Part shown: piece by piece, positions 1 to 13,100 of the stretch
How the letters are laid out: each line of letters opens with the position of its first letter
How positions within the stretch are numbered: the first letter of the stretch is position 1
Assembly: GCA_964413025.1 (NCBI GenBank)
Contig: CAYPRG010000001.1
Span: 464-64,463, forward strand
Direction: 5' to 3'
Origin: an uncultured Planctomycetales bacterium
GTDB taxonomy: Bacteria; Omnitrophota; Gorgyraeia; Gygaellales; Profunditerraquicolaceae
Length of the DNA stretch: 64,000 nucleotides
The notes under the pieces: generated by a model
Database searches by the model: none
Told to the model about the DNA's origin: nothing
The model's input: only the letters and a program-made list of their open reading frames with translations
Program-made: the position numbers and the translations under genes

Positions 1-1180
1 CTCTATTTCCTTGACCGGGCCCTTCCATAATTCCCTTACTATATAATAGCCCTTCCTGGGGACGCGTTTATTAAGCCCGTTTTCTAATTCTTCAGATAGC
101 GTCACAATACCAAACCACTCCTCGTTCATATTTTTATTACCCTTTGCCAGGATATCATGGTAGTAGTTGCCATTGGACCAGTTTGATTCGGTATTATGCC
201 GCTTCCATCCTTCTGCGTTATTATCCACCTGCATAGATTCGTTATATTTCCACCACTCATCCGTCCATTCAAACATTATGCCGCCTAAACAATTACCCAC
301 GCCCTCTTTATTGCCGGCTAAATTCTCATAAATCTGGCGCCACTGCCATTCCAAAAAGTATGCCTGCATGTTCTGGTCTTCTTTATTTAAGTAGGCATCA
401 TAAGCGTCCGCGCCGAATTCCGCCACTATAAGAGGCTTATTAAAATCTGTCTTTAGGGATTTGAATAAATTTCCGAAAGTCTTACCACGATAAATCATAC
501 AGGCAATTAAATCAATATCTTTCGCAACAGAAGAGGCGATGTTTAAATATGTGAGTTCACAATTACCCAAAGCCACCGGATGGCTGGGGTCTATTTTATG
601 GATCTCTTTAGCCAGTTCATTGACAAAAGAATAATAGGCTTTAGCGCGCATCTCTATTTGTTTTGAGGGATTTGGCTCTTTGTCTATTTCGCTGTTGCAC
701 CAGGGCCTGAGCTGGCCGGAGAATGTACGGTTATTTTCATTACCCAGGATCCACATCAGGATTCCCGGCTCATCTTTGTAAAGATTAACCATTGCTAAAA
801 CTTCTTTTTTTACTTTTCCCTGGAAAGCTTTATCGTCATAACTGGGACAGGGCCCTTCCCACAATCCCACCCAGTTACCCAAGACAGTGCGGATACCAAA
901 AAGCTCGTAGAAGTCTTTGATTACCTGCTTTACTGCCTGGGGATTTTCCCCGGGGTTATAAATCCTTATTGTGTTTATCCCCATTTCTTTCATTAATTTA
1001 CCATCGACAAGCCAGGGTTTAGCCGGGTCAAGCCACCAGTCATATTCATGGTTCTGGCCTATAGGCACGGGGCTGTAACAAACACCCTTTACGATATATG
1101 GTCTACGCTCAACCATCAACTCGTAACGGCTGTCTTTGAACTTTTTGATATAGACATTTGACTTGGGTATGGAAGCCATA
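1..1180 (-). other. Clan GH-A (TIM-barrel) glycoside hydrolase-like domain, at the C-terminal end of the in-window part of ORF A.
   Basis: Translated ...DEPGILMWILGNENN... (acid/base-type motif, about +730-750) and ...KPLIVAEFGADAYDAYL... (nucleophile-type xEFG, about +400-440). Also ...MFEWTDEWWKYNE... Confidence 0.55.
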
Positions 1181-4100
1181 CCCATCATAGCCATCAAAGA
1201 AAAGGAGAGGAACAAAACAAAACAGTATTTCCCGAACTTATGCAGCGGAGGAATATACTTTTTCACTTCTCCTTGCGGTTCCTTCTTATCCTGATTAGTG
1301 CCTTTAAAATCCCCCCTGCTCCTCTCAATCATAACCATACTGTTATGCAATTCAACTAAAGCATGGTAGCACTTTTGCTTAATCTCCTGATATAAAGAAG
1401 CTTCCATAGAATATTTTCCGGCAATATTAACCAGGTCTATCAATGTCTTTTCTATGCTTTCCAAACTCCCTTTATCCTCAAGGCATAAATTAGCAAATAC
1501 AGCCAGCTCCTTTACAGGCTTAATCATATTTTTGACAGCCCGGGAAACAAACTCTTCCCGGCTTAAGCCTGTCTTGCAATTTATTGAGGGTTCTGAAAAC
1601 AATTTCCTTAATTCATCCCCGGCGTTCATTAATCCCTTCAAAATCATAACCAACTCCTGCTTCAGCGAAGTAGTTATGTAATTAGCCAAATACAGGGAAT
1701 CATCCCCATAGACATCTTCAAGCGGCTCTTCGCTTCCGATGGCCTTAAATTTACGCTTCTGGCCCAACATGGAAGATTTAAATACCCTGGCCAGATTTTT
1801 AATTGCCGTCTCTTTATCAGGAGACTTTTCCCAGATGGTGATAATGCGGATCATCTGAGTGACCTCTCTGGGAGAGTATTTTAATTTTTTAAGGATACCC
1901 CTTACATCATCCCGTTTTTTCTCTTCGCGCCAAGTCAGGCTATCCGATACCGGGTGATAGGGTATGGCGCGGACTTGCTCCCTGGATAAACCCCGGATCA
2001 AGCCTGCTAATTCTTTCCTCGTCGGCCAAGGCGGACCGGTGAGTTTTCCGGAATCAACCAGGTATTTTACTATGGCTATTTCAAGGAGCGGGCGCATCCT
2101 TAACCTGTGGAACCCTTTGTATTCATCAGACCCTTCCTTAACACCCACCTCCGCCTCAAAGATTTCCTGCAAAGTAAGGAAATGAAAACCGGGGTCAATA
2201 TTGGGAGCGCGCGTGGCTTTATAAAATCCCTCTTTTTGCCCCAGGTAAAGCTGGTGTTCTTTTGTCGGGAATGAATTTTTAAGGTGTTCATATCCTGCCC
2301 TTTCACGGGCGATGTAATCTGAAATGGCCGAGAATAGCATGGAATCGGAGAGCGAAATAAATGCCGCCTGGTAGAAAAGCGCCCAATATAGATTAGGAGA
2401 ACCCCTGACCGCGTTAGACTTCTGTAAATATTCCAGGAAAATAGTGTTAAAGGCATCCTGGCGGGTCTTTATCCCCTCTACCCCTTCCATTTGAGACTTA
2501 ATATAAAGCAGGCGGTAATCCTGCATGAATTTAGCCAGGAGTTTACCGGCCACAATCCTATCACGAAAAATCTCAAAGACTTCTTTTGCCTGTTTAAGTT
2601 CTTCGCTGCCAACGATCCCCCTCTGGAATCTCCTGCCGATTTCTCCTAACGGGTTAAGCAAACAATTAAATTCCGGCTCATTAAAATAAATTTTATGCCG
2701 TATGTCAAAGAGGTCGTTGTAGAGGATTATCTTTGTCAATTTATAATGCCCGTAATTCAAATTTCTTAATATTTTTACGATCTTGCTCATCAGATAATCG
2801 TTCCTTGAGTCCACTTCCTGTCTCAACCTCTTTAGCCTCACTTCTTCTAAGCTTCGGATTATCTCTTTGCTTTGTCCGGCCCTTAAGGCGAAAAATGTCT
2901 GCGTCAGATGCAACAGCCCCTTGATTTGTTTAAATTTCCCCAATCCTAGAAGTTCTTTCGCATAGGAGAGCACAATACGGGCTAATTTCTTCTCCTCGCT
3001 TCTGATGCCTTTTAACTGGGAGAGTAGTCCGTCAATTTCTTCCCCTATCCCGGGAGCATCCTCGTCGGAAAGGCCTATCAATCCTTCAAGCGCTTTCGCG
3101 CAACCTGTAAGCCAAGCTATTTCTTCAAGCTCCGAATCTATCTGATGATCCTGGGCCCGGAATGCTACCCAAAGATTTTCATAAGGGATATATTTATAAG
3201 CCAAGACGGCGCTGCGGCTAACTTCCATTTTTGAATAAACTCTCTCCCGCACCAGATACTTGGAGTCTCTTACCATCAGCCAGCTGCCATCCCCTTCCTG
3301 ATTAATACGTTTTACCAAAAGCCTGTCTTTTTCTTTTTGAATGCGCACGATTGCCGATACCAAAAGAGTATTGGCTGCAGTTTCATTAGGAGAACGTTCC
3401 CCCTGCTTGTCAGTTCTCTCCAAGAAAGGCAAAGCCCGCCTGGCTTGAGTGGTTATGTCCTGCGGGATTTTGAGCATCCTGAAGTAAGGTAATTTTTTCC
3501 TCATTTGAGCTGTGACCGCGTCAAGCTCCTTAAGCACAGAAAGGCTTTCACCTTTTTTCTTTGAAGCCATTCTTCTGGCCTCCAGGATATATATTTTAAG
3601 ATTCCAAGACATAACTGATTCGTGCAGATTCTTCAAAGCGGCGATATATTCCAAACGGAAACGATTTGCCTGGGCCCGGATAGCTCTTTCTTCGGTAAAA
3701 TATAATTCATGAATGTCGATTGAAGATACAACCCATCTTCTTGCGGCAGGTTGATATCCCAAACTGATAAGAATAGCATCAATTTTTTCTCTCTCTTCTT
3801 TATTCCAACTCTTGTTATCAGCTACAACATAAGTAGCAACCATTTGTTTTTGTTCTGGGGTCAAAGCAAAAATTAATTTTTCTATGCCTTCTCTTTTGGG
3901 CGGGCCGGTAAGCTTGCCTGATTCAAATAAATACTTCACCAAAGCTATTCTGAAAGTAATCTTACCCAATCTCTCAAACGCGCAAGATATGTAAGGCTCG
4001 TCTTTATATTTTAAAGCCGCGTCAAACATGGCCTGGGCTTTGATAGGATGCATGTTTTGCGAAAGGATATCTCTACTTCCACACAACGCCTCTTCAAAGA

Positions 4101-7100
4101 CCTTGCCGGGTTCTGTTTTAAGGAAACGCTTTACCGCTTTGGTAAAGCTCTTTTGTTTCTTTATCTTCTCCCAATGATAGAGGACCTTCTCTCTGCTGTA
4201 GTGAGCTAAAAACATCACCCTCTGGAAAACTAGTTGCCGTTTTTCCTCTGAAGCGCGCTTCTTCCTTAAAAGCACCCGAATGTGCCACTTAAATGTTTCA
4301 CCCTGAGCGGGAAATACAAAACCAGCCTTACAGCCGCTCTTGAACAGGCTGGGGTTATCCCGCATTACTGCGGAAACGGTAATACTGTGCCATTTGAATC
4401 TTTTTGCCCAAGCCTCGACTACATCTTCCCGGGTGGAATAGTCAATGTGTCTATCGATTTTTGCTATTCCGAAATCAATAAAACCGAAACGCCGCACTGC
4501 GGCGCTGTAAAGGGCAACGTTTTCTTGCTGTAATTTCCAATAAGTATTTTCTTTACCGCTATTGTGCCTCTCTGCCAGCGCACGCTTGACCATGCTAGGG
4601 GCGTGATATTGGAAAGAAGCCCTGCTAAGAGGCCTTAGAGCGGCCAATTCCAATTCATCCTTATTATCAGTTAATTGATATGCCTGAGATAACCTCTCAA
4701 CTTCCTGCAATAAGAATTGTGTTCTTTTTTGATACGAGGCAAGAGACTTAAACGCTTCTTGGTTACTAATCAGGTAATTTTTTAATTCTCCGGATGCTTT
4801 TTTAGCATTTTCGTCTCTAATAACCGCGGTACGCACCAACTCCATCCAATTTACTAAATGTTTGACCGTGCCGCCATTCTGCGCGTTTAAACGGAAATTC
4901 TTATACACCTGCCAGGCCTTCTTCATCCTGGATTGCAATGAAGCCTGAGAATTTTCGTTTTCCCATTTCTTATATTCTTCAACCGCTTTATCTAATCGCG
5001 ATGGCGAAAGCGGCTTTTCCATCTTTATCCCGAAAACAGCATATAAGGCCCAGTAAAGAGCGGGGTTTTTCTTGTTTAAGATACTCGGCTTATCTACCCC
5101 TTCCTTGGCTAAAGCCATCCTGGCGGTTCCTGGAGTGGGATATTTCGGGAATACGGTACTCATCGGCCGCAAGACGGCAAATTCTAACTTATCCTTTTCT
5201 CCCTCCCCGTCCCCGTATTTCAAATCATATGCGCCGGAGATTCTTTCGGTTTCCTGCATCAGGAATCTTATTCTTCCAATATAAGACATAGACTCAAACT
5301 GTTTTTGATTCTCTAAAAGATAAAGCCTGGTTTCTCTTATCGCCCTCTTCGTATTCAGGTTCTTTATAAGAAGAATATTGACCATATCCATCCAAGTCGC
5401 CCATTGATTGGCCAAGCCGCCGTTTTGATGTCTAAGACGGTTGCTTCTATATAACTCCCATAATTTCTTTATCTTTATTATTAAAGCCGCGCCGGCATTC
5501 TTCTCTTCCCAGTTTTTATAGGCAACTAATATTTTCCTGAACGCCAAAGATTCACCACCGCATAAATCAATATCCAATAACCAGGCAGCCCTGTTCAAAA
5601 CCGCATCTTCGCGCATTCCGGCTTTAATAAATTCTTCTATTGTCACTCCCGGAGTAAGATACCTGGAGAACCTTCCATAAAGAGGGCGAAAAGTAGCAAT
5701 CTCTAATTTATCTTTTTCTCCTTCTTTATTGCTGTATTTTAATCCGTATTTCTGGGATAACTCTCCAGTCTTACTGATTAAAAATATTATCTTATTCTTG
5801 TAAGACAACCTCATGAAGTAGCCGCTGTTCAACCCCAGAAGCAGGATCATCCTTTGCGCGGCTTTCCTGGTCGCAGGTTCAGAGATGAGTGTCTTGTTGA
5901 TTAAGGCCGTCCAAATCACCCATTCATAAATAGGAGTATGGTAGCCATTCAGTTTATTAATTAAATAGAGCTCATAAACTTTTTTTGCTTTTTCCAATAA
6001 AGGCAATTCTCTATTATCCTTCTCCCAAGATTCATATTGAGCCACTGCCCTATTAAAAGCCTCCGAGGGTTCAAAATTTTTGTTCAGTAAGAATATTTTA
6101 TTTGCTGCCCTGCAGAGGCGGACCGTAAAATAAGCGCCGAAATATCCGGCGCTAATCTTATCGCTATCAGCCAATCGCTGCATCGCCCTCCATAAGGCTT
6201 TACCGAATCTACTGTCTAATCCCTTCTTCTGGGCTACGGCTTTAATGTGCCGGGCAACTGCCGGAGTGAACTCCTTATCGGACATAATCAAAGTCAACGC
6301 CCTGGCCAATCTTGCCAGAGGCAGGCGATTGGACTTTTCGGCTAAGATATCCACGGCTTCCCGCAAGGCATCTTCTACGTTAAACGCTTTGTTAATAAAG
6401 GCATTACCAACGGATTTGTTCTTTGAGCCATAAATCTCCAGCATCCTTCTTGCCCTCTTGATTGCTTTTGCCTCTATCTGCCTGATCCTTTCCCTGGTCA
6501 AACAGAGCAATTCTCCTGTTTCTTCAAGAGTCTTCGTCTGGTTAGCATCACCGCCTAATCCGTAACGCAAGGCTAATACAACCCGCTCATCGTTCTCTAA
6601 CTTTAAAAGCACGCCGCCTATATTTTCTTTTATTATAGCCTGACAGGCTTTCTTTTCGGGAGAGGCGAATGTGTTTTGTTCGATGAAACTTCCCCGGCTA
6701 TCTTCGCTTTCCTGGCTGACCGGAGCATCCAATGATATAGGGTCGCGGATTGCAAGGAGTTTCTTGATTATTTTTCCGGGTAGCTTCATTATCCTGGCCA
6801 GCTCTTCAAAGGTAGGCTCTCTCCCATGTTCCTGAACGAACTTCTGAGAAATCTTTTCTAATTTAAACTTCTTCTCCAACATAAACACCGGTACTCGTAT
6901 TGTATGGGCTTTTTCCGATAATGCCCGGGTAATTGCCTGGCGTATCCACCAAGCAGCATAGGTGGAAAATTTATTACCTCTCTTATGATCAAATTTTTCA
7001 ATAGCCGGAAACAAACCCAGTCTTCCATAGGCAAACAGGTCTTCGAATGCCATAAAACGGCCAAGGTATTTTTTAGCCTTATTGCCCACTAATCCCTGAT

Positions 7101-10100
7101 TACACACTACAAGGCAATCGGTAATGGTTTTTATTTCTTCGGGGGCCTTTGTAGAACGCAAAGCCATAAATAATTCAAATTCTTCTTCTCTGCTTAAAAT
7201 ATAGCGGCCATTCATATAAATAAGATTGGCCAGTATCCTCCTGGCTAAACTTAAGCCGTCTTCCCGGATATTCTCTAAAAGGTTTGTTGCTAAATATTCT
7301 GCTTCTTTTACATCTTCTCTACCGCCTATAAAATGCTTTTCTTCGTGCTCAAACAGCTTTATTAAAAGGTTTTCTTGGTTTAATTGGGTAAATCTGGTTA
7401 TTAGATTTAAGGGAATAAAAATCGTGGAATTATAGGTGCAGGCGGCTAAAAATCTTTCATTATTCTCATACCAAAGTAAACCCGGAGGGCCCTTTGATTT
7501 AACATCTGAATCGGGAAGGACTAGATAAATATTATCTTTACTCAACCACTTCAATATCTGCGGAGTAAGGACTAGCTGTGCTTTCTTATCCTGCGGTAAA
7601 TCCTTATAGCGGAAAAGGCGGTTCTCTTTCCGGGCTTTAGAGATGACTTTCTTTGTTCTCTTCTGAGCTTTCTCATCCACCGCGCCCTCTTCGGTGTAAA
7701 TGCCTGAGCCACAGGCAGAAACAGAATCAGCCAGATAGTCATCTAACCTTAACGTTCCGATTAAAGAATGCCACTTGCCCATCGCGTATTTTACGCAACC
7801 GCTCTTTAGGATATCTTTACCTGTGGGATTATCCTGATAAATCTCACCAGCAAAGAAAGGCTTTTTGATTATGGAAGAGGTATCTTTGAAACATTCGACA
7901 ATCAATTCAAAACAGTAGAAATCTATACGATGCTGCAGGAGGTTATGGGCAAAGGCAACCCTACCCAGACCTGTCAGCCTGAATAAACTGCGCCATAGCA
8001 CACCCCAGCCAAATCCAACTATAGCTGGCCAGTCATATTTGCGGCCTATCAGATTTTCTGCGCGGCTACAAGCTGTCTGCATAGCATCCTTATATTCATC
8101 TGCATCCTTAAATGCCTCCTGCTTAAGACGCACCACCGTTAAGCTGGAATTTTTATTTTCTAAATAACCGATTTGTTTTAAATATTCGGCTAATCTTTGT
8201 TTAATCACGCCTCTACCCAAAGCATGGACAATCCATCTCTTGCCTATATTTAGAACTCCATGGTTAACCGGGCTCTGGGTTGAGATCCTGATTAAATTGC
8301 TAAAGCTAAAGAATCCGTCGCTCTTAAATAAAGAAATATCTCCTTTGTTCAGTTTTAAAGCAATATAAGCAACTTTTATTTCCTTAAGCAGCCTCAAAAC
8401 ATTTTGCACATGGCCATAGTTTATCTTGCCAATCTTTTTCTCCTTTATCTCTCTCAACTTCAAAATAAGCTCAAGTAATCTATCTTCTAAAACATCGCCG
8501 GGCTTCCTGTCTGAAAACCCAATCACAATAGCCTTGATTTGCTGCCTTAATACTTTAGCTGAGGCACCTTGTAACCCTCGGGAGAGATGATTGAAAAGAA
8601 AATCCACATCGCCCTGCTCAATCCGTCTCTTAACCTGTTCTATATTCGCCATACCGCCTTCTTTAAAGGGCACGGAGAGCTTAATATTATTCTGCCCAAG
8701 ACGAAATAAACCATATCCCCAGGCGGGGAGTGTAACTACCATTTTTTCTTGGTCGATAACAAACTGAACATCCTCCGAACAAAGTTTCGACGTAAGTTCG
8801 CCGTTTATTTTCTCAGGGACGTTCGGCTCTCCTTTATAATAATTAAAAATACTGTTAAAATTAAGGCTAAGGCGCACCGGATAAAGCGAATGATTGACAA
8901 GAACTACGGCGTCTTCCTTATCCAAGTGCCGCACAAAAGGCACAACCCCGGTATCTTCTATGCCGACTTCTTTTCCACAAAAATCTATTTTTTCTAAGAA
9001 AGCGCTAAAGAATCTTCCTTTACGAAAAACAGGATGGGACACGAATTTAATCAACTCAACAAGCGGCTTAACCACCATAGAATTGTCTTTTAAAACATCC
9101 GGGTATGAAAACTGATATATGCCCGCGTCTGGATTCTTCATCTCCATACGCGCTCCCTCAGGGATTCTCATGCCGAGAATCTGACGTAGAGGAATAAGTT
9201 TATGCCCGGGGATGGCATAGGTAACCACCGCCGCGCCCATAAGGCGCTCCATAGAGCCGAAAGCGTCTATTGCCGGAGGCTCATCGTGATCCTCAATAAA
9301 ATGAGTGCAGTGCCTTAAAAATTCTTCCTTATGCTCACCCATAAATAAATATCCCCTCAAAGATGCAATATTCCCTTCTCTAAGTAAATCATAAAGGTGC
9401 TTATCATAAGGAAGCATTCCGCATTTCTGCAGCGTATCATGCGTTCCGTAATCGTAAGTTTCGGCAGGCATCAGCATTTTCGGATACTCTCTGCGGGCTT
9501 CCTCCCAGAATTCATTAGGCATCGTTTTCTGGAACTCTTCCCAGCTTACGCCCAAAGGAGCAATCCAGGTCTTCCAAACATGCTCCCTTAACCCCAAATG
9601 TGCCAAGTCCGCCCTGAATCCACCGTTACAAGTTAGATAGGCGATTTTTCTCATAACTTTTTTTATCATAAATCTACGGGCTCTCTCATCAAAATAATTT
9701 ACCTGAGCAAGATTTATCATAGACGGATCTTGCTCAAAGGGAGCGTTTTCCCGGGCGTGCATAAAGATAAGATCGGATCCGTTATGCCGCGAGAATGAAC
9801 GGCGATCACCTTCCATAAAAACTTTTAACTGCTCATCGCAAAGCCCTCGTGACCAATTAGGAAAATATTTTCGCACTAACTGAACAAACCGATTGTAATC
9901 TCCGCTGATCACCAGGCCGGGGGCTTTCTTAAGCAACGGCGAATCAGCGGCGATATGGTTAGTCACAAAATCAACAATCACCCTCATGCCCTTGGATTTC
10001 AAATTTTTGGCTACTGCCCGGAAATTACCATCATTGCCGGCAATCTTCGGATTTATGCGGTATCTATATACATCGTAACCGGAAGGTATTCTTTCCAGGG

Positions 10101-13100
10101 TCTCATTGTGTTGCTTGCTCCAATTTTGCATGAGTTTTTCTGAAAGCTTGCTCTCCTGCCATACCGCTTTCATCCATACAACACCGATACCCAACTCAGA
10201 AAGCCATTTCCAGAATCCCGCGGGCACCTTATTTATAATCCCGTAAGTGTCGCTTAAAGCGCGACCGTCAATTTCGGTGATTATCTGCGTAGATTCATCA
10301 GCCGGCCTGCGTAATTCACTGCTCAGGATAGTTATGGTAGATATTCTTTTCAGCTCGCGGATATAATTTTCATCAATCTCCACGATATCTTTTAATTCCT
10401 CGACGCCGGAAAGGAATACTTCTAATTCTTTTCTGTGGTCTCTATAATAAATATAAGCCTTGTGGCAAGCGCGCTTATGCGCTTCTTCTGGGGTGCAATG
10501 CAATTCTTCTAACTCTACTGATTCATGGAGTTTAAGATCGGGGAGTATTTTTTGCAGGCGGGGATCTTTAAGCAGCCGATGGATAACAAATACCAGAATA
10601 TCTTCAAATCTTTTGATTTCAAAAAGTTTTCCATTGCTGTCGCCAATAAGCTCAAACCGGGTTTTTACCCGCGGAGGGGCATGGACTAAAATACCTTCCA
10701 GCAACTTAGATATTGCCGGATCCGGCTCTTCTTTTTCCGAAAGCACCTCTGGTTTTTTGATTTCTTTTTTCGCTTTGCCATAGTAACTGCGGAGGCTAAG
10801 AGAGATGTTTCGCCCAGAATCAAAAACCGCCTCTTCTTTATCTATCCCGACATAAATAGGGTGGTATACTTTCGTGTGGAACGGTATCTGTTTCCTCATC
10901 TTATATTCTAACAATTCATCCCTTGTTGCCGAACTTGCGTCTTTGCGGAATATCTCCCACACACACTCGTGAGCATATTCTTCAAGCTCGCCGTTTTTGG
11001 TATTAAATATAAAACTCCTGGGAAGCGTACCCTGATATCGCGAATCATGAAGCAAAGTTTCTTTTATAAAGTCATCCTCTAAATTAAAATTATCGGTCAG
11101 CCATATATGTATAACTTCTTCTTTACCGGGCTTGGTTTTTATTGCCGCGAACATCTCATATATCAAGGTAAAAAGGTCAAAATTATTATTAATGTGGGCA
11201 GCCGCCGCCTCTTTGGTGGCAGGATTGTACATCAATATGCCTCTGCAGGTAGCAATACCGTAACTGGCTAATTTATAATTCTCATCATAAGCATTAGTCA
11301 CCGCCCATTCTCCCTCAATCGCTACCGCGGTATTATCAAAAGGCCTGATCTCTACGTCAAATTCCCTGCGGTCGACCCCGGGATATACCCAGAAAGTGCA
11401 AGCGTACCCCCAAGGAAGACAGTCTGTTTTTCTCCTCCAAAAAATATTTGTGCTATTGAGAAGGTCAGCTATCTTCTCTGTTAACCTGCTGGAAAAATCT
11501 TCTTCTTTTACAAGAAGCCATATCCTGTTCTTGTCCTTCCGGACGACCTCTAACCCGTTCGACGCCGCCAATGTTGGTAAAATAAACTGCCATTCTTTTT
11601 CTGAAACAGACATCTCAATATTTGCTTTTAATTCTGATCTGCCTTTCTTGATGGTTAATAAGCTGCCTATCATTAACCCGGCGGGAAATAAGGTAGGCGA
11701 GTGATTATAGAACAAGACAACCGCGGCCAAGAAAGCTAAGCATAAAAAGATAATCAAGGGGGAGAATGCCTGGCCGGAACGGTTGCCCAATGAAGCGCTC
11801 CTACGCACCAGAGCCTGTTCCATATTCTGCCTTATTTGCGGTTCGATCTTCGCATAGTCAAGGAAAGAGAAATCCGGTTGCCTGTCTTTCAAGTAAAGGC
11901 CGTGTATCTTCGAAGAATCTACCGCCGTCTGGATCATTGCTTCTGATATATAATCCGGGTCGTCTTTATATTCAAAAAGCTCAATTCCGACTTCAGCAAG
12001 GCGCCTTTTGATTTCTTCTTTTGGTACGGCCCTTAATCCTCCCTGATGGTTTATGCAGATATTCATTACGAATTGCGTATTCTTGACAAAATATTCAAAG
12101 AGAGCGCGCTTACCTAAGATTTCCTGCGGCCGGCGGGCTATCCATAAAGCCGCGGTCCTTAATGTTTTTAAACGCAGATAAACGCTACTGATACTACGCT
12201 CCATTATCTCTCCACAATTCATGCGGTATAATTCAACAGAGCCATAGAGCACCTTGCATCTATCGATATCCCTGTCGCATACAGTATTAAAACGGGATAT
12301 CCGCGGGAATATATACGCGGGTATAACATTTAAGGCCACTTCCTTTCCTTCTCTGCCCTGCACAAAAACCCTGCCATCTTTAAATGTTAAAGCCACCCCC
12401 TTCAATACTTTATATGCCGCATCTAAATCTTTTACTACCACCCAATTATCGAAGTCCGCGAATTCATTCTTCTCGCGGGCTGCCGAACCGTATAAGACCA
12501 CTGCTTTTAAATTATCCCCCAATCTTCGCTTAAGCCAATTTATATACCCATAACGCTCCTGTTCCCCCTGGGTAAGACAGGCATTCACAACGTATGTCTC
12601 TTCAGAAACGCAAGCCATAGGCAGAAGCTCAAGATACTTGATCATCCTCTTTTTTATCTCAATGAGCAGGCTCGTAGGATCATCCCTTGAGAAACGATAA
12701 GGCATAAAGGAGGCGTTTTCTCTACGTAAGAGCCCCAGAGCGATAAGCATCGCGGTTATTCTGTTATACACGTATATTTTATTGAGGAAGGTTTTATATA
12801 CGCCCCTGTTCTGGACAATATAGGAATCCATAGTGGCGATCCTCTGCGAGATCTCGGTCTGCAGCTGCAGTATTGCGCGCAATATTTTTTTTCTATAAAA
12901 TATGCCGTTGATGCCGGTCAGCGCGGATAATTTTTCTCTTCCAATATTCTGTTGAAGCTTATTTACTACTGAAGGTAAATATACCGCGAAGTTCCTGATT
13001 TCATCCACAGTCCAGGGTAACGGCAGGGTATCTTCCGGGGTTGTCTTAAGAAGGCCCTTTAGATATGAAGCGGTGGGAGAACCTTTTATAATAATCGTCC

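Noticed and set aside
127-129. ATG at +129 (minus strand) that looks like a gene start near the window edge.
   Set aside because: The frame is open upstream of it (...WSNGNYYHDILAKGNKN-M-NEEW...). It is an internal Met of the GH-A domain, not a start.
2040-2100. The segment RMRPLLEIAIVKYLVDSGKLTGPPWPTRKELAGLIRGL looked HTH-like or sigma-region-4-like.
   Set aside because: The resemblance is too weak to call without a profile search. It is left unassigned.
6840-6900. 'caacat' (ATG) at about +6888 preceded by the sigma-70 region. It could be read as the start of a separate small gene following rpoD.
   Set aside because: Translation is continuous through it (...TIRVPVFMLEKKFKLEK...), with no stop before or after. 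It is an internal Met.
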